Source: a bacterium (GTDB lineage: Bacteria > UBA8248). Taken from it: DNA of 64,000 nt. Location of the stretch: the NCBI GenBank assembly GCA_965200245.1, contig CBDATS010000004.1, positions 1,056,001 to 1,120,000 on the forward strand, read 5' to 3'. Numbering within the stretch: position 1 is the first letter of the stretch; every line of letters begins with the position of its first letter. The notes under the pieces are model-generated. The model worked only from the letters and a program-made list of their open reading frames with translations. It made no database searches and was not told the origin of the DNA. Both the position numbers and the translations under genes were made by a program. This document shows, piece by piece, positions 32,288 through 43,212 of the stretch.

Positions 32288-32556
32288 GGTGTAGAACCTT
32301 CGAGAACTCGAAACGTCCCTGCCATTGCTCCAGTGAGGCAGCTCATGCTTTCGGGACTCTTGTCGTCGAACAGTGTTAGTCGGTTGTTCTTACAGAAACC
32401 CTCCCAGAAAAAGGCAAACCTGTGTTTCGGGTATATCTGCTCTCGCGTGGTTGTGGGCTCCGTCCAGTAGAATCTTGGGTTGCACAGCCAGTTGCAGACG
32501 ACATCCATCACCTGCAACTGAAAATCAAGATTGGACTCGAAACGAGGCTTCATCAT
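32284..32556 (-). pseudogene. Degenerate N-terminal fragment of type III Res
   Basis: MKPRFESNLDFQLQ...NNRLTLFDD resembles the MKLHFEPNLDYQ...GNRLTLLDD start of Res proteins. Confidence 0.65.
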
Positions 32557-32587
32557 GGCTGGGGCGGGTTCCTTTGGGAGAGTTCTG

Positions 32588-32800
32588 TCAAGCGAACATC
32601 AGGCGTTCACCCTTGGGTTCAGGCACGGGATCGCCGAATTCCCGTGTGGTATCAATCCAGAGTTGCATCGCGTCGTTGATGTTCCGTAACGCAGACTCTT
32701 GATCGTCGCCGTGCCCCATGCACCCAGGCAACTCGGGCACCTCGGCAATGAACACCCGATCTTCGTTGCTCCAGTAAATGATGATCTCGTACTTGAGCAT
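32588..32800 (-). CDS. hicB: HicB-family antitoxin
   Basis: YEIIIYWSNED..FIAEVPELPGCMGHG. Confidence 0.9.
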   Translation of the reverse strand: MLKYEIIIYWSNEDRVFIAEVPELPGCMGHGDDQESALRNINDAMQLWIDTTREFGDPVPEPKGERLMFA

Positions 32801-33061
32801 CAGTCGTTTTCTCCCAGTTGGTATCTCAGGATCAACTGTCGAACCTGTCTCACCTGATAAGGTTTGGCCTGTCCGCCACTGCTCTGCAGTCTGCAGGTTG
32901 AGTTTTTCGACCACACCAGCTTTCCGATAGACGTGGTGGCTTCCGCGAACGCGCTCCGCGAATCCCAGATACTGCAACAGGGCACGCAAGTCGGCAAAGC
33001 GGATGTTCGCATCCGACCGTCCGTGGAGAATGGTCTGCAGCAGCCACTCATGCCGGTTCAT
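32800..33061 (-). pseudogene. hicA: HicA-family toxin, frameshifted by a 7-bp tandem duplication
   Basis: RVRGSHH catalytic motif; AKPYQVRQV in a different frame; TCTGCAG repeated at 32883-32896. Confidence 0.85.
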
Positions 33062-33085
33062 GGACTCTTCTTCCCCCCGTCGGTA

Positions 33086-35486
33086 TCACAGGCTTCGGAC
33101 GTTCCCGAGGCCACGCTGTTCAAGAATGGCCGCGAGGTTTGTCTTGGCGACATCGTCGGCAAAGGCGCTGTCGCGAAACACGATAGTGGTTTCGCTGGCT
33201 GGCGCGAGCGTGTCATGCCAGTCAGCGATCCCGGACGCCAGCGCCTCCACATCATCGCGGGAGATCGCTTTGCCGAGACAAGCGAGGAGCGTACCGGCAC
33301 CGACAGAGTGCACAGATTTGCCGGCAACAGTCCGGGTCTCAATGGGAATGCAAAGATCGAGACCAAGTTTCAACAACAACCCATAGAGGATGTCCTGCTC
33401 CGTGCGGTCGTGTTCGATGTGGTCGAGGCTGGAAAGAAAAGCACTCTCTAGATTGTCCGGCCTGGGATTCCATGGTCGTATGTTGGAAGTATCCAACTTG
33501 AAGACACGAAAACCCAAATCGCCATCGTAATCGGGGGTTTCGGTTTTGATCTTAATGCTGGCGCGGCGGAGCCGTTCCTTGGTAATTTCGGCGATATTGC
33601 ATGGCTTACGAAGCTTCTTGCAATATTCGGCAGCAGTTTTCTGATCTTTATTCTCTGCGCGGAGAGGTTCCGGTATTCTCTGCGCGGAGAGGTTCCGGAA
33701 ACTGAATGAGAAAATAGCGACGTTTTCCACCGTCTACCGAGTTCTGAATCAAGGTAGCACACCCCGTCGTTCCCGAACCTGCGAAAAAATCTAATACAAT
33801 ATCTTCTTGGTTAGAACCTTGCTCGATAACCTGGCGAATTAATTGTACTGGCTTAGGAAAATCGAAGACTCTTTCGTCAAACAACAAAGCAATATCCGAG
33901 GTTCCATCCCTCGCAAACACTTTTTCACCAATCACGGCAGAAAACCCAGTGTATTCCGAACCCAACTCTGTCAGGAACATTTTTCGTCTTGGACGTCCCG
34001 AGGAATCTGGAGGCCATAGTATTCGATCCTCCTTAATCAACGAATCCATTGTCCTTTTATCGTACCGCCAACCCATGTGTGGACACGCATAGAGTATTCC
34101 TGTATTCGGATTCAGCAAATCGTAGTGAAGGTTTGGTCGCCTATCCGCCGTGGCGATGCCTACCATATTCGCGCTTGCCCAATCACCGCGAGGGTCATTA
34201 TCAGGGTTGGAGTATTGGCTTTTATCTCGTTCATCTCCCCTTATTCTATTGCCATAGCAGATCATGTACTCATGATCGACTGACGCTCCGTTTACGCTTC
34301 GATTGTCTTTGTTTTGTCTACTCTTCCATATGAAGCACGCAAGAAAATTTTCTTCACCAAAAACTTCATCACAAATAAGTCGGAGAGCGGAAATTTTCCC
34401 GTCATCAATGCTCACAAATATTATGCCATCATGGAGGAGCAAGTTCTTCGCCGCTTTCAACCGAGGATACATCATGTTCAACCAGTCCGTATGAAACCGC
34501 CCCGATGTTTCGGTGTTCGATGTCAACTTACGGCTTTCACTGTCGACCTGCCCCGTCAACTCCAAGTAGTTTTGTATATTGTCGTGAAAATCGTCCGGAT
34601 AAACAAAATCTTTGCCGGAATTGTAAGGGGGGTCGATGTAAATGAGCTTCACCCTGCCAGCATAACTCTTCTGCAAGAGTTTCAGGACTTCCAGGTTATC
34701 ACCCTCGATCATCAGGTTCTGGGTCGTGTCCCAGTCGACGCTTTCCTCAGGACATGGCCGCAGTGTGCCGGTCGAAGGCGTGAGCGCAAGTTGCCGCGCC
34801 CGACGCTTGCCATGCCAGTTGAGGCCGTACTTCTCCTCACCCTCGTCCACGGTGTCGCCGAGAAGCTGACGGAGCACCTCTTCCCGGCTCGCTGCTTCCT
34901 CTGCCGTAACGGAACGGTGGAAGTCGCCTGTGATCGCGGCTGTCTGAAACGCCCGCACCGTGTCAACCCAGCCCCGGTAGAGGGTGTAGAGCGTATCCCG
35001 AGGCTGGCGGGCCAGGGCAAGAGCGTCGCGAAATGCTACGAGTTTTTCGTCGGCAGGGTCGCCACAGAACTGTGTGGCGACGATCTCACCGTCGATGACG
35101 ACTTTCCCCGCCTCCCCGAGCGACCGGCGTTTGTGAGCCAGCGAAATCTCCGGCTTCTCGTCCCACCAAACGATCAACAGCACCGGGTAGGGCACGGCAC
35201 GGTGGACCAGTTCGACCAAGCGGCTGGCACGCGCGGCAAGTCGTAGTTCTAGCTTCAGGACAACAATCTCAAGATATTCCCGCTCGGCATCGCGATATTC
35301 GGCAATTCCGATCGTCGCCGGCTTGAGTGTTGCGACCCATCTCAATTCCTCGATCCCTTCCCGGATGCGCCGCCGGTCGCCAACCGTGAACGCGCTGTTT
35401 TCAAGCAATAACGTCTTGGGCACACAGTGCTTGACGAACGCCTCAGGAGGGAGTGCAAGGGCTGCGAAGGGATCGAACGGCGTCAT
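33086..35486 (-). pseudogene. mod: DUF4391 fragment fused to type III methyltransferase Mod; frameshift from a 25-bp duplication
   Basis: LVHRAVPYP (DUF4391); EKYGLNW, IEGDNLEVLK, YIDPPYN, DFFAGSGTT; C-terminus GFRVFKLD in another frame. Confidence 0.88.
33649..33698. repeat. Perfect 25-bp tandem duplication
   Basis: TATTCTCTGCGCGGAGAGGTTCCGG x2. Confidence 0.95.
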
Positions 35487-38400
35487 GCCGAATCCTCCGG
35501 CAACACGGCGAGAAACGCCACCACCTCAAAATCGTCCATCCCGGCAAACTCACCGGGCATGACATGCGTGCCTCCCGGTACGAACAAACTCGCGATGGCG
35601 CGCTCCTCACCTATTCCAATGATAGAGGACACGGCGGCGGCGAGCAATCGCTGCGCAGCCCGCATGTCTTCGCCCCGACGGGTGGCAGCGTCGAAGCGGT
35701 TGCAGGCAAGGGCGTCCGGCATGTCCTTGCCGAGACAAAGTCGCTTTAGACGGTCGAGAACTGCTTTGGCTTGGGTGAACGGCAGGGGCACCAATCCGTC
35801 CTCACCGACATGAACGAGATAATGCGGCACCAAGGGATAGTCTGGCTGGAATCGGGTTTCGGCTCCGTTTCCCTCGGCGCGCAGACAAAAGATGATGCCG
35901 GGTGGAATGTCATCGGCCGTGACAGTGATTGCATGCACTCCGAGCGGAACCGATTCCAAGGCCTCCGGGTTGACCCTGCGATAGTCCGCCAGATCAATCC
36001 GGAAATCGGTTAGTGTCAGATCAGCGATCGAGACCCCTGAGGACAGGTCTTCGAGATCGATCACCGCATCCTAGAGCTTCAAAAGCTGTTTACGACGGTA
36101 AGCCAGATCGTTCATCGGATCGCCCGATTGCTGCTCGATCAGGTTTTCCTCGCCAGTGGCCGAGACGTCGAGCAACACCATCCTCCCACTCACCCGCTGC
36201 TCCAGACGGTGGTATTCCTCCAGTTCCATGTTAGGCCAAAAATTGACGAGTTGAATGCGTTCGTTGGGCGAGCCGATGCGGTCGATGCGGCCGAAACGCT
36301 GGATGATGCGAACGGGGTTCCAATGGATGTCATAGTTTATGAGCCAGTCGCAGTCCTGGAGGTTCTGGCCTTCGGAGATGCAGTCAGTCGCGATCAGAAG
36401 ATCAATTTCACCCTCACCTGCAAGATCATCTGGCCGTTCCTTGGTCCGGGGTGCGAAGGCGGTAAGGATGGAGACGAGGTTGTGCCGCAGGTCCGGCAGG
36501 GTCGTCCGGTTTTGCCCCGCACCGGTAACCAGTGCGGACTGTACTCCCAAGGAATCCCGCGCCCAAGGTGCCAACACGTCATAAAGATAACGTGCGGTGT
36601 CAGCAAATGCCGTGAAGACGATGACTTTACGGTTGCCAGTATTGATCGGAGCACTGCATTTCCGATCGATCATCTCGCGCAGTTCAGCAAGCTTGGCGTC
36701 GCGGTCGGTGGTCACCTGCCGGGCCGCGGCATGGAGCGTTGCTAGTCGGTTGCGGTCTTCGATCAAATCCTGTCGCCAGCGGACCGGGTCGACATCCTGG
36801 AGCAGAACCTTGACCTTGCGGCCGACCAGAAGGCTTTCGAAGGCCGGGTCCTCAATGTCGATGTCTCCGATATCGAGTTCCTCAAGTTCGTCGTTTTGTT
36901 CCTCTATGCGCGCCAGGAGCACCTCGACATCGGCCAACTGACGCTGAACGGTCAGGGCGAACGCGACGACCGAACTTTCCATGCGCTTCAGTACATTCAC
37001 GCGAAGAAGCTGGATAAGGCTCTCTTCGCGATCCTTTTGCCGGAAAGTCCCGTCTCCACTGCGAAGTCGGGTACTGTATTTTGTGTCATATGCCTCTTGC
37101 CTGTGCGGCAGGACATAGCGAAGCGGCGCATAGGCGGCAAGGTTCAGGCGGCGGATCTCCGCATTGATTTCGTGGATCGAAGGGAATTTTCCTGCGAGAT
37201 CGACATCCGGTTTGACATTAACCGGCCTGAGACGCTCCGGAAAACGGCCTGTTTCACGGTCTCCATAGTACTTTTCGAGGTGCCGGCGAGAGCGGGCAAT
37301 CGTGAGACGGTCCAATAACGTAAAATAATCGAACCCCAACATGTCCACGAGCCGAGATGGTGTGCGTTCGCTTTCGCCAAGTTCGAGCCAGCGGTTGAAC
37401 TGCTTCTGCGCACGTTGCGTCGTGCCGTCGATACTGGACACACCGTGATCCGACAGCGCCTTGTCGTCACCCTCGGTGGCGAAGGCGATCTGGTTGCGGA
37501 GATCGACCAAACGATTGTCCACAGGCGTGGCAGAAAACATGAGGACCCGGGTTTTCACACCTTCCCGGACGATCCGGCGCATGAGCCGGTCGTACCGCGT
37601 CTCACTGCCCTGACGTGGCGAACGCTTGTTGCGGAAATTGTGTGACTCGTCGATGACGACGAGATCGTAGTTGCCCCAATTCACATGGGCGAGATCAATA
37701 TCGCCCGATCTGCCACCGTCGCGAGATAGGTCGGTGTGATTGAGAATGTCGTAGTTAAAACGATCGCGCGCGAGGATGTTGCGACAGTCATTGGCACAGT
37801 AGAGGGTCCAGTTGTCGCGTAGCCGCTTCGGGCAGAGTACAAGGACGCGATCATTGCGAAGTTCGTGGTATTTGATGATAGCCAGCGCCTCGAAGGTTTT
37901 GCCAAGCCCGACGCTGTCGGCAATGATGCAACCGCCGAACCGTTCGAGTTTGTCGATGGCGCCAATGACCCCGTCACGCTGGAACTTGAACAGTCTCTTC
38001 CAGACTTCCGTGTTGCGAATCCCAGTCTCCGACTTGACGACCCGCTCTTCGTCAAGTTCGCCATCCTCGGTTCGAAACAGGTGGTGCAAGATCAGCGCGT
38101 AGATGCTGGACGGAGCCTGGTGCACAGCAAGTCGGCGCAAAGCAGCCACCAAGTCCTGCTTACCGGCGCTATTTTCCGTGAGCCCGGACCATTGCGCATC
38201 GAACCATGCGCCCAGCCGTTCGCATTCTTCGGGCGTCTCGGAAGCCTGAATCAGATTGAGAGGATTGCCTGGTGCAAGGCCCAATCCGTCGGTGCTGAAC
38301 GAAAATGAACCGAGCAGAGCTTGCTCTGAGCGACCGTCGCCATTGCGCAACACGATAGCCCCCTGTGGGACCGACCCGTTCGCTCTGCGCGCATCGGCTA

Positions 38401-38677
38401 CTTTTTCGATCCAGGCCGCACAATGGCCGGCGAGCCAGCGGCCTTGCGGACGATTGCGTACCGTTCGGTCCACAGCAGACCCCAGCAGGTCGAGGTCGGC
38501 ATCATCAGGTGGCAAAACGATCCGCGCGCTAGTCATCCGCGCCAGATTTCCGGCAAGTTCTCCAAAGGCGAAGAGCGATAGCGTTAGGGAAGCAAGGTCG
38601 ACCCGATTGCCGGCGCTTAGCCAAGGCCGGATAATATCGACCACGCGATCGGAACCGGTGTTGGGAACGAGTCTCAT
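35483..38677 (-). pseudogene. SNF2-family helicase associated with type III R-M, in-frame TAG at 36071-36073
   Basis: ADSVGLGKT, DESHNFRN, SATP, SEGQNLQ, QRFGRIDR; the 193-aa downstream ORF is in the same frame. Confidence 0.88.
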
Positions 38678-39362
38678 CGTGGGTTGGCAATCCAGTGACT
38701 GACGGTCTTGATACCAGTGTTGCAGAATTCACACATGTTCCGCGCTACCACAGCAAGGCCCCGACTTGTTGTCTCTGCCACAAGAGAGGCGTTCGGAACA
38801 TGATCGTAGAGCAACTCTCCATACCGGCTCTTTTCTCTCACGATCTGCGCGCCCGGGCGTCGGCTATAGTCCAGTCGACGATTCGGTCTTCGAACCACGC
38901 GTCAATTAAGATCATGGAACCACTCGGCGAACCCATCCGGGTGATAGCCAAGGGCCTGACGACCGATAACGTTGAGAATCTCCGAGACAATGATGGAAGC
39001 GAAGTCAAGGTCTTTCTCGGTGATTGAATCGAGAATGCGGCAATTCGTGGCTCGGGCTGAGGTGCATCATTTCAGATACGACGTCTGTGTCGATCAACCA
39101 CGCAAGCAAGACAATCACAGCCCCTCCTCACGGAAGAAAACAGCGGCCTGTAGCCGCATCGTACCAGAGACGACAGATCGATCCCGTGGTCCTCCTCAAA
39201 ATGCCGCGCGAAAGCATCGGACAGCCTTGGCCAGTGCTCGGCCTTCTTACGCTTCTCCCGGCTCAGGCGACGCACGAACTTTCCTATAGATATTCCGAAC
39301 TCCCGGTCTCGCACTTGAGTCACGCTCGACCCTGAGCTCGATGCCACGGACATGGTACTCAT
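38674..39362 (-). pseudogene. Degenerate VapBC/FitAB-like toxin-antitoxin remnant
   Basis: LIDTDVVSEMM (~39100) and RGLAVVARNMCEFCNTGIKTVSHW resemble PIN-domain ends; upstream ARHFEEDHGIDL is FitA-like. Confidence 0.55.
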
Positions 39363-39552
39363 TTCAGCGTCTCTTCGACCCGGTTTGCAACACGTGGGAA
39401 ATCACTCGAGAACAACCTTGTGTTGCTTACAAATCACAATTTTCTACTTGACGAACTAAACCACCAAATACAGGGTCATCATATTTGGGAATTTTGATAT
39501 CTATTGAGTCAAGGGTACAATTTCGTCTCCAATTGACTCAGATTGCGATGAA

Positions 39553-40356
39553 TCAATCAAAGAGTGTCTCCATTTCGAGTATTTTCTCCGCACGGATCAC
39601 TATCCCAATATTTATTGGGATATTTGTTCTTGTCACAGCTGTCACAGAAGTTGGTATGTTTGCCACGACAATTTCACCATCTACAGTCTGTTCGTAGCCA
39701 GCAAACAATACACCCAACAACTCCACGTGTGCACCTCCTCCCTGAATAGAGATATTCTGTCCCGCTTTTATGGGCAATTCAGGCGTGTACCTGAAGACTG
39801 GCGACCCGCTGGAGCCCGGGTAGACGGCGCAATCAATGAGAAACTCCTGTTTACCTTCAAAATCTACCCCAGGATGTGTGGCTGTAATTCCTCTTCTCAC
39901 GAGCGGAAAGTTATTTTGGCTATCCCACAAGCCTATAGGATATCCGACCATAACAGTTTCTTCTATCAGTTTCAGAGAGCCTATCTGGTCGCATTTTGGA
40001 ATCAGTCTTTTGTCTACGGAAGACACAAAAGGCTGAAGGCTTTTTATCTGCTGAGTCGGCTTGCCAATAGGATGCATTTTGATTTGATTTATCGGAATCG
40101 CGGCTAGATCAACTGATGTGTCAGGGTGGCCAATCCAGGTATTTTCCAGTGCGGGTACCAAGATAGGAATAAGCTTTCCAGGGACAGGTTCGCCGTCTGC
40201 AGATTCAGCAAATGAAAATTGGAGACCAATCATGTTTTCTATAACATGTTTATTGGTAATAATGACGCGCCCCACACTGCCTCCAAAATCAAACACGAAA
40301 CCTGTTCCCCAAGAAGTCTTGTTATTGGCGTCCCTGCATTCAAGCCGCAAAGTCAC
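39553..40356 (-). CDS. Trypsin-like serine protease (cytoplasmic, no signal peptide)
   Basis: Triad motifs TNKHV, VDLA, PGSSGSPV. Confidence 0.88.
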   Translation of the reverse strand: MTLRLECRDANNKTSWGTGFVFDFGGSVGRVIITNKHVIENMIGLQFSFAESADGEPVPGKLIPILVPALENTWIGHPDTSVDLAAIPINQIKMHPIGKPTQQIKSLQPFVSSVDKRLIPKCDQIGSLKLIEETVMVGYPIGLWDSQNNFPLVRRGITATHPGVDFEGKQEFLIDCAVYPGSSGSPVFRYTPELPIKAGQNISIQGGGAHVELLGVLFAGYEQTVDGEIVVANIPTSVTAVTRTNIPINIGIVIRAEKILEMETLFD

Positions 40357-40424
40357 GAAGACAAGATATTCGGAATCGTTAAATAATCGATTTTCATGGG
40401 ATATATGCCTTTGATCGTTTCATA

Positions 40425-41030
40425 GAATGAATTGCCGAACCGGCCGTATCAACTTCACACTGGCGCACGAGTTTGAACACTACCTCTTCCATCGGCAAGA
40501 GTACCCAATGATATCCGGTGCATCCAGCAAGACATGTATTCCTAGAATGGCCCTTACCGATAGACCGAACGGGAAGCAAATGAATTTGTCGCAACACTGC
40601 TGACGCTACTCGGCGACTTCCGCCGCCAGTTCTCTTCACAGATAAGCCCCTACTGGATAAAATCGGTGAGTGTGCCGAGTGCTATGGCGTGTTGCTTGTT
40701 GCCGCCAAGTACGCTGGCTTGATTACACAAAGCGCCGTTCAGCCCTCATGGTATCAAGAGATGGTTTCATATTCTGGTCGCGGTCGAGTTCCGAGGCGCT
40801 CGAGACGGGGGTTTTCTTTTGCACGGCCAATCAAGAACCCGTTATCATCCCCGGGGCTTCACCAGTAATGTAGCCTGCCAGTCTGGGCAACGCCAATGAT
40901 GTGTAGAGCAGAGCCCGGGTATTTGGTGCCCTGAGGCCTGCGAGGAAATCATGCTGGTTTCCGATCGATACACTTTCATTATTTTGCTGCCCCATCTAGA
41001 TGATTACCCTGCTCACAATGAGTTCCCTGA
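40425..41030 (+). pseudogene. ImmA/IrrE-family metallopeptidase remnant
   Basis: GRINFTLAHEFEHYLFH and VSRDGFIFWSRSS...GVFF in broken frames. Confidence 0.7.
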
Positions 41031-41339
41031 GGAGTTGGAAACCGGAGACTCCTGTGGCCACATAACCAACCGCAATCCGGGCACCTCTTGATTAGGGCAG
41101 GTATCAACAAAAGAAAATTAAGAGATAGGGTGGACGAGCTCTGAATCGAGCAGAAATTTCCTGGCAATTTGGAAAAAAGGCTCATCATGGTACAGCGAAA
41201 ACATAAGTGGAATTTCCTAGTATAAGGCCTTGGCAATCTTTCCCGTTCGGTGTGTGAGGAAGGGTACAAGCTTCCTCTCGACGGTGTAACCTGACATATC
41301 GATATTCCGGAGAAAAAGGGACGCGAAGAAAAGGAACCA

Positions 41340-41815
41340 GAACTTGTGATGGCAACGACCATGCGGCTGATCTCGCTAATCAGGCCCACGCCTTACTTGT
41401 CGATATTCGTTCAGATGCCGAACTCTACGTGCGTGTAAAACTGACTGGCGAGATTTTGCGTAATCAGATTGAGCGTTCTCGCCAAGAAAACCAGGGGCCT
41501 CGGGTCAAGCGTGCCAGTGGACATTTTTTCGCGACTGACACTCCAATCCTTCGAAGGACTCATGACCGACTTTAGGGAAAGGGATGAGTCTGTCCCTAAT
41601 CGGCATCCGCCGGGGGGGGGGGGGGGGGGGGGGGGATAAGTTTATGCAGGAGGCATGAACTCAGGGACACGGGACAGCTCTACTTGGCGTTATGCCTAGC
41701 TTCTCTTATAAAATATATGGAATGTGTAGAATGCCATGCCTTTCGTTGTTAATGACGTACCGGTGCACTTTGATGATGCGCGTTCACAGGCACCATAGAA
41801 TGCCTTAGAGCGTGT
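41340..41815 (+). pseudogene. YhaN/AAA_27 SMC-like ATPase C-terminal remnant
   Basis: AELYVRVKL..EILRNQIER.RQENQGP, MNSGTRD.LYLAL, PFVVNDV.VHFDD.R; interrupted by a G24 run. Confidence 0.65.
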
Positions 41816-41964
41816 TCGTGATTTTCAATCTCAATGTTCCAAAACATCATCTTCAACCGGTTGTCGTGCCACCAGAAATAAAGAAACAATCGCCTCGTAG
41901 TCGCTAGCCATATCCTCGTCCAATCCTCGTTCCTCTTGGCACCGTGTCCACGCTGCGTCGCGTG

Positions 41965-42120
41965 CTCCAGTATAACCTTGTGCCTTCAAGACTACTTCGC
42001 CCAGACGAATCATATCGTGACCCTTGAACTTTCCGCTGACGAATTCGACGATTTGGTCATCGGCCTGTTATTGAACATCAACTGCCGACACGACCGATGT
42101 TGACACTGTAGCGCTAATAT
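41965..42120 (-). pseudogene. Mrr-family restriction endonuclease remnant
   Basis: DQIVEFVSGKFKGHDMIRLGEVVLKAQGYT. Confidence 0.55.
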
Positions 42121-42317
42121 TCAGGTGAATGAGCGGACGGGGTATCCGAGGGTATCGTATTCTCGACTATGCGGTCGACGAAGGCGGCGGAACTAGCATC
42201 TGAGGCTCAGGCCCTTTGTTTGGACCCGCGTCCGGCACCGAGATGTAATCCAACTGCCGCCCGCATTCGAACCGCACTCTTTCTATTAGCGTTTTCCGCG
42301 AACGCGGTGTCTCGTGG

Positions 42318-42611
42318 TCAGACGGCAGCGAACCTTCGGATCTGGACCGGCTTCCGGTTATGCTGTGTGTGCCAGAGGTCGTACTGCATCTGCTGCGTCA
42401 GCCAACTCTCGGGGCTGCCGCCGAATGCTTCAGACAGCCGGGTCGCCATCTCGGGCGATATGCCGATGCGGCCGCAGAGCAGCATCGACAGCGTGCTGCG
42501 CGACACCGCAAGCCCCTTCGCGGCCTCGGTAATCGTCAACCCGAGAGGTTTGAGGCACCGGCGCCGGATTAATGCGCCGGGATGGGGTGGGTCGTGCATA
42601 AGCATGGACAT
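42318..42611 (-). CDS. higA: HigA-family antitoxin
   Basis: MHDPPHPG...[12 protein letters not shown]...ISPEMATRL...WLTQQ..YDL. Confidence 0.92.
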   Translation of the reverse strand: MSMLMHDPPHPGALIRRRCLKPLGLTITEAAKGLAVSRSTLSMLLCGRIGISPEMATRLSEAFGGSPESWLTQQMQYDLWHTQHNRKPVQIRRFAAV

Positions 42612-42618
42612 TACCTCC

Positions 42619-42898
42619 CTAGTGATAGTCCAGATAACCTATATCGGCGACGTGCCCGTCCTCGAACCGAAAGGTGATGCGCCAGTTGGCGCGGACCGTC
42701 ACCGCCCAGAATCCGTCATAGCCGCCCCTGAGGCGGTGCAGCCGGAAGCCAGGCAACTCCATGTCATTCGGGGTTGCCGACGCATTGAGGCGCGCCAAGA
42801 AGTCGCGCAAGGTCTCGTCATGTTCCGGATGGATGTGACGGTCATCGCCACGTTCCATGAAGCGTCTGAGTACCCGGCTCCTGAAGTTCCATTATCAT
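42619..42898 (-). pseudogene. higB: HigB/RelE-family toxin, +1 frameshift after the third codon
   Basis: LPGFRLHRLRG...WAVTVRANWRITFRF...DYH; the N-terminal NFRSRVLRRF is out of frame with ATG 42898. Confidence 0.82.
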
Positions 42899-43212
42899 GA
42901 CCGACCGTAATACGCACTATGGCACATATCAACGCACCTAGAACCTCACCGCCGCCGAACCAGGCACCTAACTACTCTCCCACATACCATAGAACTCGTG
43001 ATATCGGCACCTGATACCCAGAGAACAACATCGCGCCAGATCGAAAGCTTCCCTTCACACCAAGGGGTTGCAACGGAGCAGATCGGGACTTCGATCAGAT
43101 GTCGGTTTCAGTGGTTGTCTGCTCCCGAAACCGAAATAAACCATTGAATGAGAGTTCCAAGCAGAAACCAGATCGCGTCCCCAATTCCGGACACCAACAT
43201 CGGTCATGCCCG

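Noticed and set aside
36071-36073. In-frame TAG in the SNF2 helicase as pyrrolysine or readthrough
   Set aside because: The context (KL*DAVIDLED) fits a CAG-to-TAG nonsense change in a decaying locus; there is no pyl evidence in the window
41612-41635. G24 homopolymer as a G-quadruplex or phase-variation tract
   Set aside because: It lies inside an already shattered yhaN remnant, and long G runs are a common sequencing artefact; this cannot be supported without reads
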